A stretch of DNA of 64,000 nucleotides from Eledone cirrhosa (lineage: Eukaryota). The notes beneath the pieces are model-generated. The model did no database searches, was not told where the DNA came from, and saw nothing but the letters and a program-made list of their open reading frames with translations. The stretch is taken from NCBI GenBank assembly GCA_964016885.1, contig OZ024743.1:191704001-191768000 (forward strand), given 5' to 3'. Numbering within the stretch: position 1 is the stretch's first letter; every line of letters starts with the position of its first letter. Shown in pieces: positions 1-11,402 of the stretch. The translations under genes were made by a program, and so were the position numbers.

Positions 1-1401
1 GAGGAAGGCAGATTTCAGTTTTGAATGGAAAGAGTATGATGAATGAAAAGATTATTTTAGGGATGAAAATAGGTCAAGTCGGTAAAAGGTACACGAAAAA
101 TTGATGTTATAAAAGAATAATGCCAATGTAAAGAGAATAAAATTTTACGATAAATGTGTTAGTGAAAAATATCAATCTTATTTAAAATATAGGGAATTTA
201 CATCTATAAAAAGAAAATAAATTAATTAAATTGATAGGAATATTTATATTGATAAATTTATATTAATGCATATAGATATGATAAATAAGAGTTAGATGTA
301 ATTGAAGAGTGCTGTTAAAAACGAAGGGAAAATAAAAAAATAATAATAATTATTGGGGGGGGGGTTAAATTTATTAGTGAGAAATAAATTTATATAGATT
401 ATAAGGAACATAGAATCATAACCTGAAATTAAAATAGTTTATATGTATACTTAATGGTATAAATATTAGGAAAAGATAGCTGTAAAAGGGAAATAAAATT
501 ATGTAGTTCATTAGTAGTAGAATATTAATTATAGGTTAACTAATTTAAAAAAAGTGTTATTATAATAATTTCTAAAGTGTATATTAATTAGGTTTATAAT
601 ATTTAAAAGTTATTCTCAGTTTATGATTACATGATATAATTAATTCCTGTCGTTTATTTAATCCTTAGATTTCATTATTTCAAAAAGTTCCTGGGAACAT
701 AATCTACATTCATATCTATTATTTTGATAAGGGGTGGCCCTTTTGAGCACACCCCAAGTCAGGTCATAATCTATATTCCTCTTTCTAAATTATTAATTAT
801 TTCAGCTAAAGATGTATTAGCTAATGCGGCATTTTTAAAACTGTGTTTGTGGGTATTAAATCTTACTTTAAATTGGTTAGAAGTAGCTCCTATATATGAA
901 TAAATTGAGTCCTTAGTGTTAACTTTACATTTATATACTATGTTATTAATAAGGCAATTTCCTTTTAATGGGCAATTTGCTTTGTTTCTATAGTTACAAC
1001 TTTTCGTGAATGCTGTATCAGAGGAGATAGTGAAATTAGGTGCGGAATTTTCACGACTTGTTGTATGTGAATGAGATGGTGGTTTGCTGTGGTTTATTTT
1101 AGTATTATGGTTAGTTTGATGTATTGGTGGTATATTCATGTTTTTTTTTTTACATTTATATGCATTATAGGCACTTATATTTTGTTGTATGTTTTTGGTT
1201 GTTGAGTAGGAGAATTTAACCGTTGATCTATTTAAAATTTATATGGTATTTGTGGTTTGGCAGGGTGTTTTTCTCTAGGATAGTAAAAAAATGTTTAGGT
1301 ATATAATCTTTAATTTGTAGATTAAATGGAGCATTATTCTAAGTAACTCGTCTATTACGGTTTCGATGTTGTTTATTTTTTATAAGATGTATCCTGATGT
1401 T
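1..1401 (-). mobile_element. 5'-truncated Nematis-type PLE (diverged family-A relative), main arm; continues off the left edge of the window
   Basis: Minus strand encodes ...CNYRNKANCPLKGNCLINNIVYKC...YSYIGATSNQFKVRFNTHKHSF (ORF 771-1139), homologous to the C-terminus of the 11403-13844 protein. It is frameshifted, stops at 584-586, and is followed by 3' UTR. Confidence 0.9.
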
Positions 1402-1406
1402 AATTA

Positions 1407-2447
1407 AACTTTTTGAAATAATGAAATCTAAGGATATCCTATTAAATAAAGGACAGGAATTAATTATATCATGTAATCATAAACTGAGAATAACTTTTAA
1501 ATATTATAAACCTAATTAATATACACTTTAGAAATTATTATAATAACACTTTTTTTAAATTAGTTAACCTATAATTAATATTCTACTACTAATGAACTAC
1601 ATAATTTTATTTCCCTTTTACAGCTATCTTTTCCTAATATTTATACCATTAAGTATACATATAAACTATTTTAATTTCAGGTTATGATTCTATGTTCCTT
1701 ATAATCTATATAAATTTGTTATTTCTCACTAATAAATTTAACTCCCCCCCCCCCCCAATAATTATTATTATTGTTTTATTTTCCCTTCGTTTTTAACAGC
1801 ACTCTTCAATTACATCTAACTCTTATTTATCATATCTATATGCATTAATATAAATGTATCAATATAAATATTCCTATCAATTTAATTAATTTATTTTCTT
1901 TTTATAGATGTAAATTCCCTATATTTTAAATAAGATTGATATTTTTCACTAACACATTTATCGTAAAATTTTATTCTCCTTAGATATTACATTGGCATTA
2001 TTCTTTTATAACATCAATTTTTCGTGTACCTTTTACCGACTTGACCTATTTTCATCCCTAAAATAATCTTTTCATTCATCATACTCTTTCCATTCAAAAC
2101 TGAAATCTGCCTTCCTCTACCCCTAAATTAAAGTTCTATTACTACTATTTTACCATCTTGACCATTTACTACCTTTCTATTGGTCAATTCAAAACCTGTT
2201 CCCAAACAGACCTATTATATTAAATTTTTGTTGGGTTTTTTCAATAAACAAATATCATTATTTCTGAAGACAGCATATATATGTGTAGGTATGTATATTC
2301 CCTTTGATAGTTTGTAAAAATTTTACATAGATATATATGATATACATACCATCACAAACATATATATCCGAGAAACGATCGTAAAATGATGAATTTTTTT
2401 AATATAAGGAACTGTTTCTTTGTTTTTATTCATTATTTTTATTAATT
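1407..2447 (+). mobile_element. Inverted arm of the same PLE insertion: last ORF codons, short 3' UTR and pLTR with hammerhead
   Basis: 1407-2118 is the reverse complement of 1-690 with a few indels. It ends in a (TA)n tract about 65 nt after the HHR site. Confidence 0.85.
2255..2392 (+). ncRNA. Type-I hammerhead ribozyme, long stem II (family A variant, GUA site)
   Basis: TCATTATTT-CTGAAGA-[~100-nt stem II]-GAAA-CGATCG-TA-AAATGATGA. Stem I has 9 bp and stem III is the palindrome ACGATCGT. Confidence 0.85.
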
Positions 2448-2669
<222 letters not shown>

Positions 2670-2930
2670 TAAAATAAATTTAAATAAAAAGTCAAATGTT
2701 TAAAATTTAGCTTCGTTTATTACTGCTATATATATTTCCGTGACAGCCAAAGATGGCTGAACGGAAATATATATAGCAGTAATAAACGAAGCTAAATTTT
2801 AAACATTTGACTTTTTATTTAACTTTATTTTACATTACTCCGGAGTAACCTAACCAACCTGCGCACTTCGTCGAGTGTTCCAGCCTGCATACTGAGGTGT
2901 TGGTATACAACCAACATATACTTAAAATCT
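2670..2930 (+). mobile_element. Short fold-back PLE terminus (family F) carrying the 3' half of an HHR
   Basis: 2670-2741 is an inverted repeat of 2761-2832, followed by a ~100-nt tail. GGCTGTCACGGAAATATATATAGCAG...AATAAACGAAGC matches the complete HHR element at 59578-59690. Confidence 0.75.
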
Positions 2931-3040
2931 ATAATATATATATATATATAATTTATATATATATATATATAATATATATATATATATAATATATATACAT
3001 ATATATATATAATTTATATATATATATAATATATATATGC

Positions 3041-4872
3041 CGAGATGACATCGTCATCAAACCGGCGGACAAGGGAGGCGCCGTAGTGGTATGGCGCGTG
3101 GACCTCTACACGGCCGAAGCCCTCAGGCAGCTCTGTAACCCCCTCTATTACCGCCCACTACCCTCCGATCCCACCCCCCTCTACCAACAACAAGTCTCCT
3201 CCACCATCAAAGACCTTATCGCCTCGTCCCTCCTCCCCCCCCCCCACCGCTTCCCACCTCATCGTCCGCACCCCCCGCACCCCCACCATCTACTTCCTCC
3301 CCAAACTCTACAAACCCGACAACACCGGCAGCCCCATCGTCTCCGCTTGCAACTGCCCCACCGAACTCATCTCCGCCTTTCTCGACTCCCTCCTCGCCCC
3401 CCTTGTCACCAACCTCCCCTCCCACATCTCCGACACCAACCACGCCCTACGCCTGTTCGACTCCTTCACCTACCTACCCGGCCCACAGCCCTTCCTCTTC
3501 ACCCTAGATATCAAGTCCCTCTATTCAGTCATCCCCCACGCCGACGGCCTTCGCGCCCTCAAACACTACCTCGACCTTCGCCCCTCCCCCATTCCCTCCA
3601 CCCCCACCCTCCTTCGCCTCGCCGAGCTGGTCCTCACCCTAAATTGTTTCTCCTTCTCGGGTGAGTTTTACCAACAGGTCACGGGGGTAGCCATGGGCAC
3701 AAGAATGGGCCCGAACTATGCCAACCTTTTTGTTGGCCATGTTGAGGCCCAAATCTTTGCCCAGTACACCGGCCCTACGCCCGAACTGTACGGTCGTTAC
3801 ATTGACGACTGTATCGGAGCCACGACCCTCACCCGAGAACAGCTCGACTCCTTTCTCTCCTTCTTCTGTTCCTTCCACCCCTCCCTCCACTTCACCACCT
3901 CTATCTCCACCACCCACGTCCACTTCTTAGACATCTCCGTCGCCTTCGACCCCTCCCACCACTCACTCGTCACCTCCGCCTTCTTCAAACCCACCGACTC
4001 CCACTCTTACCTCGGCTTCACCTCTTCCCACCCCACCCACAATAAACACTCCATTCCCTACTCCCAACTTCTCAGGATCCGCCGCCTCTGTAGCCGTGAT
4101 GCTGACTTCGAGTCCCAGGCCCTTTCCCTAGTCAGCCATTTCATCCGCAGAGGTTACCCCCCTCTCTCGTCTACACCGCTCTCACCCGCGCCCGTGCTGT
4201 CCCCCTCTCCACCTCCCGCACCCCACGCCACCGCACACCCACCCACAGTCTCCCCTTCCCCATCACCTACCACCCCTCCACCTTACCCCTCCACCGCACC
4301 ATCCGCCGCCTCTTCCGACGCCTCCAGTCCGACCCCTCCACCTCCCACATCTTCCCAACCCCACCACTCCCCTCCTTCAAACGCGCACGCAATCTCCGCA
4401 CCCTCCTCGTCCACAGCTCCCTGCCCCCAACCCACGCTCCGGTTCCCCACCCCCCGGTTCCTTCCCCTGTTCTAGGCCCCGCTGCAACACCTGTCCCCAC
4501 ATCACCCACACCACCACCTTCCAGGGTCCCAACGGCCACTCTCTCTCGGTCCGGCATGTCTTCCGCTGCACCTCCTCCAACCTAGTCTACGGACTTCGTT
4601 GCACGGAGTGCAGCGCGACTTATGTCGGACAGACGGGACGTCGCCTGGCGGACCGAGTCACGGAGCACCTCCGGGATATTCGTCTCGGGGGCAGTTCCCC
4701 CATCGCCCGCCACTTTGGTGGCCCTGGACACTCCGCACGCCATCTCACAGTCTGTGGCCTACTCCAGTGCCACGGAACACCCGCCCATTGCCTTACAGTC
4801 GAACAACGCACTATCTTCATCTTACAGACCCACACTCCCCCCGGCCTGAACTCCCCACCCTTATTCCTTTAG
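3041..4872 (+). pseudogene. PLE reverse transcriptase + GIY-YIG endonuclease, frameshifted in or near C-runs (~3240, ~4160)
   Basis: IVIKPADKGGAVVVW (DKG motif), LFTLDIKSLY (motif A), GVAMGTRMGPNYANLF (B), YGRYIDD (C), CSRPRCNTC linker, NLVYGLRCTECSATYVGQTGRRLADRVTEH...ARHF...E...PPGLN, stop at 4870-4872. Confidence 0.92.
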
Positions 4873-6372
4873 CGTTCGACCGCCCCCTCCCCCCACACTT
4901 ATCCCCCACTAACACCACTAACACACCCCTCCTTTTCACCGCCCACCCCACACTAACAATACTAACACCTCCACTCCACCCCTCATCTGACCACCCTTCC
5001 CCAACTAACATACTAACATCCCTTCCCTCCCCTCTTCTCCTCCTCCCCTTCCTCATCACACGCACACACCCACCGGCACATATATACACGCGCTCACACT
5101 AAACACACACCCTACTACCACCACTAACCCTCACCCCCACACCTCTCACCCCCATACCTCCATCCCACCACCCCGTAACTAACCTCACTAACACCCCCTA
5201 ACCCCAAGCACACGAACACACGCACCCACTTACACCACCCACCCCACACGCAACTAACATCACTAACACCCCCAACCCCACGCACACGTACCCACACACC
5301 CTCGTACACCACCAACTCTACACACCCTACCACCACTAACCCCGACTCACACCTGCATTCAAGCCCTCCCCACCTCCCGTATACTAACACCCACTAACAC
5401 CTCTTCATCAAACTACACACATACCAGTACACCACACTCCCTCCATAGAACCACACACACCCTTCTCTCCCCGCTCCACCCACACCCTCGCTCAACACTC
5501 ACTCATCCCACTAACACCCCTACTAATACACACACACACACACACACCCTCCTCACTCCAACTTTCACACCTACCCATGCTCGCCCCCTTACCACTCCAC
5601 CGACTGCTGCTATGCCCTCTGACCACCTCCCAGCACTAACAGACCACAGCACTCCCACTGCTGACCACTTCCTGTTGCGCGCGCACCCCACATCTCTCCT
5701 CTTCCGACCACCGCTTCATGGATTACCCACACGCAGAAATTGACTTACAACCAATCCACTAAACATCCTTGGAACTTACCAACTTTTCAACCATCCTCTT
5801 ACGTAATCACCTTTATAACTCACCCACACACACACCCCAAAAAAAATTTTTCTCCACACGCCACCCACACCCACAACACGCTTAAACCCCACACACACGT
5901 GCTTCCCACCACATATTTACACCATCAGCCTCCTGATTCCTCTCCCCCCACCCCCCTATCCACACACGCACAGACACTCCGACCCACAAAAACACCCCCC
6001 ACACACACCTCTTCCTGAACATGCAACCCCGTTCTTCCCCAACCCTTACTTTCACATACACACACACACACACACACGCACACCTACACACACACACCAC
6101 CTTCAGCCCTCCCCGCTCGGACACCCCGTCTCCCTTTCCCCACTCCACCCCTATTCACCCCACACCCTTCCACCACCTGTTTACCCCCCTTTTAATTTCA
6201 GTTTATTTTGATCATGCCTTTATTTTTAAATTTTCTCATTCCTTGCATTTTGATCATGCTTTATTTTTATTTTTTTATCTTTATTTGTTATTTTTTCATT
6301 CGCACCGTTTCCTTTCGCTATATGTCTCTCCACCACTCCCCTACACACCTTTTGAACTCTGTTACCACACAC

Positions 6373-6444
6373 TTCTCACCTGAGGAAGGGCTTATGCCCG
6401 AAACGTCGTCCCCCACCTACCCCCACTCTCCTGAGCGTGAAATT
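6373..6444 (+). ncRNA. Minimal hammerhead ribozyme of the Neptune-type PLE
   Basis: TTCTCAC-CTGAGGA-A-GGGC-TTAT-GCCC-GAAA-CG-TC-GT...GTGAAA, with an ACGT palindrome as stem III, directly before AATAAA. Confidence 0.75.
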
Positions 6445-6498
6445 AATAAACATTTATTGTACTGCCTCTCTGTTTTGTCCCTGTTCAAATGTTTCCAA

Positions 6499-6543
6499 TA
6501 TATATATATATATATATACAATTTATATATATATATAATATAT

Positions 6544-6635
<92 letters not shown>

Positions 6636-6643
6636 TAATATAT

Positions 6644-6706
<63 letters not shown>
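6499..6706. repeat. (TA)n microsatellite between two PLEs
   Basis: Direct reading. Confidence 0.95.
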
Positions 6707-6714
<8 letters not shown>

Positions 6715-7550
6715 TAAACAAATAATGAATAAAACAATGAAACAGTTCCTTATATTAAACAAAAAAAGTTCATTATTTAACGATCGTTTCTAGGATATAT
6801 ATGTGTTAGAATTGGCATGCATATTCAACAGAACTATGTACAAAATTATACAAAATTATACAAACTATCAAGATTAAATATACATACCAAACACACATAT
6901 ACGCCGTCTTCAGAAATAATGAAATATATTTATTGATAATAACAACAATTCAAAATTTCAGGTCCGTTTGGGAACAGAGTTCAAAATTGACCAATGAAAA
7001 TACAAAAGGTTTTATGCAGTTTGGTGTGTGTATATACATGTAACTACCCCGTACACATATTTATACAAAGATGTATGCTCAACATGCATACGCATGCCAA
7101 AAAGATGCATGCAAATACAAAATTTAAAGGCTAATGTCTCTGTAAGTTTATAATGCACAGATAAGATGCGTATAGACACATAAATATGAAATAAGTGTAT
7201 ACACATATTCTCATACTCACACATATCCGTACACTCACACACACGCGCGCGTATATGCATAAACATACACATAAATACGAACATACATACACACACACAC
7301 CCCCACACACATATATATATATGTGGATATAATATTATCATAAGCACATGGATATTAATTCACTCACATAAACACTGCCACACACATTTAGATCAAGATA
7401 CAGAAATTAGGTGGGAGGGGGGGAGAGGTCAGTATTCAACGGTTTGGGCAGACTGCTTATTTATAGATGTATCTATAAACTAAGAAATAAAAAATAAAAA
7501 ATAAAAAGGAAAGAAAAGAAAAAGAAAAAAGAAAAAAGAAATATATCAAG

Positions 7551-7627
<77 letters not shown>

Positions 7628-7692
7628 CTACACATAGAACACACATACACACACATATATAAACATATACATATACACACATACACACATAT

Positions 7693-7735
<43 letters not shown>

Positions 7736-8248
7736 TACACATATAATCACACATACATATATAGACACACATATATATACACATACACGCACATATACAT
7801 ACACATACATACTTATATACATACAGATATACACATACATACCTATATATACACACAAATACATACAAACATACATACATACATACACACAAATACTTAC
7901 GCATCCATATATCGGTATATACATACAAACACCACTACACTCTCACACAACTCAGACATACAAAGAAAAAGGTATATACCTATACACATATACACATACA
8001 AATAGAGATACATATACATATATATATATATACACATATATATATATATATATACATACACATATACACATATATATATACATACACATACATACATGTA
8101 CACACACAAACATATACATACATACACACATACACACATACATATATAGTCATACATATACATACACCTACACGAACATACACATACACATATATAAAGA
8201 TATATATGCACACACACACATACACACACACACATATATATAAAATAA

Positions 8249-8295
<47 letters not shown>

Positions 8296-9949
8296 TATAT
8301 ACATACACATATACATACACATATATGTACATACATACACATACATACATACATATACACACATATATATATATATATATACACACATAGACACATACAA
8401 ACATACACACACAACATACATACACACACATATATACTCATACATAGACATAGATATATATTCATACATACATACGCACTTACATATACTCATATATACA
8501 AATACATACGCATCCATATATGCGTATATATTTACAAACACCACTACACTCTCACACAACTCAGACATACAAAGAAAAAGGTATATACATATACATATAT
8601 ACACACATTAATAGAGATACATATACACATATATATATATATATACACATACATTTATATATATACACCCACACACACATACAACCATAAACACACATAC
8701 AAACACACACATACACACATATATACATACATATATATACACACACACAAAAAACACACATACACATATATATTTTTACACATATATATACATATATATA
8801 CATATACACACCCTCACATATATACACATACCCATAAGTTATATTATAATAATAAATAATATATATATATATATATATATACACATACGAATATAGACAT
8901 ATATACACACATAGATATACATATATATATATATACACACACACACACGCACTCACATATATATGTGCGCACACGTACATATATACACATACACACATAT
9001 ACACATAAACATATACATGTGCATACATGTACATACACACATATACCCACATAGATACGAAGATAGACATATATATAGAGAGACATACATATATATACAC
9101 ATATATACATACACATACATACACACATATATATATATATATATACACACACACATACACGCCCACACACATATACACATATACACATATACATATATAT
9201 ACATATACACATATATATACACATGCATATATACACATATATATATACATACACACATATATATACACACAATCTTACATTCTTATTTGCATGCGCATAT
9301 ATGTATTTTTATATTCAGATATAAACACCCAAACATATATACACCTACCTACATATATATTCATACATACACGCTTACAAACACAGATGATAATAGTATG
9401 GGGGAAAGGGGGGGGTGGAGAAGGGGATTATAGTAAATATATGTTTCAAGAAACATAGAATATTATCTGTATCTGGATCCCAATATATGTTTTTACATAG
9501 TTTCAGTGTTAGGAAATGCAAGAAATAAGGCAAAATTATGCATTTCAAAATAAGTATACCATTAATTATATGTTAACTAAACGAAAGATAGTTAACATAT
9601 TGATTTCTAAGGTGTAAATTAGTTAGGTTTATAATATTTGAAGCAGAATTTTGAAGTTAAATAGTAGTAGAGTATTAATTATAGTATAACTAAATTAAAG
9701 TTATTAACGTTATGGTATCAATATTAGGAAATGAATTTAGTAATAGGGAAAAAACAAATAAAGTATTACATCGGTAGTAGAATATAAATTATAGGTTAAC
9801 TAAATTAAAAATTATATATTAATTTCTATAGTATATGTTAATTAGGTATATAATAAATAAAACAGATATTGTATTTTATCAATAGCAGAATATAATTATA
9901 AGCAAATAGAAATCAAAATTAATACATATACATATACATATACATACAC

Positions 9950-9982
<33 letters not shown>

Positions 9983-10865
9983 CACTTATACACACATACA
10001 TACACATACATATACATACATACATATACATATTTTTTCAAAAATTGAGAATATATTAACTAGGTATACATCCAAAACACATCCCATTCTATGATTACAT
10101 GACACTCTGCAATCCGTCTGTATTAGGATACTAATTATAAGCCAATTAAATTAAATTTTTAGGTTGACTAAATTTAAAACCAAATTATAAATATATTTCT
10201 AAAATGTATATTAATTAGGTCTATAATACTAAAAATTATTTCTCTGTCATTGGATACACGATATTTTGTTATATTTTATCTGTAAAGGAATTTTAATAAA
10301 AGGTTTAAATAAATTAAAATTAATCTATAAATTAAATTACTAAGTATATATTAGTAATATTTAAAGGTTTTTCACAATTTATGATTACACAATATTTTAT
10401 ATTCTCATCTGTAGTAGAATTTTAATTAAATTAAATTTATAGGTTAACTAACATTTAAATTAAATTAATTTCTAAAATAATGTTATTAATTAGGTTTATA
10501 ATATTTAAATGTTTTTTTTAGTTTATGATTACACGATATAATTAATTCCTGTCGTTTATTTAATAGTATATCCTTAGATTTCATTATTTCAAATAGTTCT
10601 TGGGAACATAATCTACATTCATTTCTATTATTTTGATAAGGGGTGGCTCTTTTGAGCACACTCCAGGTCAAATCATATTCTATATTCTTATTTTTATAAC
10701 TATTGATTTTTTCTGCTAGAGATGTTGTATTAGCCAGTGCGGCATTTTTAAAACTATGCTTGTGGGTATTAAACCTTGTCTTAAAATTGTTAGAAGTAGC
10801 TCCTATATATGAGCAAATAGAATCTTTAGTTTTAACATTACATTTATAGACTATGTTGTTAACAA
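6707..10865 (-). mobile_element. Inverted 3' arm of the family-A PLE (GIY-YIG C-terminus, ~3.5-kb microsatellite-rich 3' UTR, pLTR)
   Basis: Reverse complement of 25574-29644, and of 13465-16831 in part. ORF end at 10486. Confidence 0.93.
6769..6923 (-). ncRNA. Family-A long-stem-II hammerhead
   Basis: Reverse complement of 10898-11052. Confidence 0.85.
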
Positions 10866-10897
10866 TTTTGAATTGTTGTTATTATCAATAAATATAT

Positions 10898-11052
10898 TTC
10901 ATTATTTCTGAAGACGGCGTATATGTGTGTTTGGTATGTATATTTAATCTTGATAGTTTGTATAATTTTGTATAATTTTGTACATAGATCTGTTGAATAT
11001 GCATGCCAATTCTAACACATATATATCCTAGAAACGATCGTTAAATAATGAA
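10898..11052 (+). ncRNA. Family-A long-stem-II hammerhead in the 5' pLTR (GUU site)
   Basis: TTCATTATTT-CTGAAGA-C-GGCGTATATGTGTGTT-TGGTATGTATATTTAA...TTGAATATGCATGCCA-ATTCT-AACACATATATATCC-TA-GAAA-CGATCG-TT-AAATAATGAA; stem I has 10 bp. Confidence 0.87.
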
Positions 11053-11402
11053 CTTTTTTTGTTTAATATAAGGAACTGTTTCATTGTTTTATTCATTATT
11101 TGTTTAATATTTTATCTTGACTCTGTATACCGTTTATCTTTCACCGAAAGTGATTTTTCATTACATCTCTTCTTTCCATGATATCCGGAATACATTGAGT
11201 TCTTCATACGGATTGGACACTACCGTAAACTCTTGGTAGATTTATCTACATAATTTTGCTCCTATTTTCACGGAAATATTCGTATTTTTGTACTGTATGT
11301 GTGTATTAATTTTATATTTATGTATATACATATATATGTATGATTTTATAAACCCATATACATTTAGTTGAGCTCTTTCAATTGTCCATCATCCATATCA
11401 CA

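Larger units (their letters stand above)
3039..6498 (+). mobile_element. 5'-truncated Neptune-type Penelope-like element, extremely C-rich, flanked by (TA)n
   Basis: RT + Cys linker + GIY-YIG ORF, ~1.5-kb 3' UTR, HHR core at 6380 and AATAAA at 6445-6450. Confidence 0.9.

Noticed and set aside
3086-6383. Pro/His/Ser-rich ORFs and their Gly/Val-rich antisense ORFs
   Set aside because: Out-of-frame or UTR readings of the C-rich Neptune element. Only the RT/EN frame segments are meaningful.
11382-11402. TTG start giving 820 aa
   Set aside because: ATG 11403 (MEKQYL) aligns with the family-B start (MQKQHL), so 813 aa is preferred.
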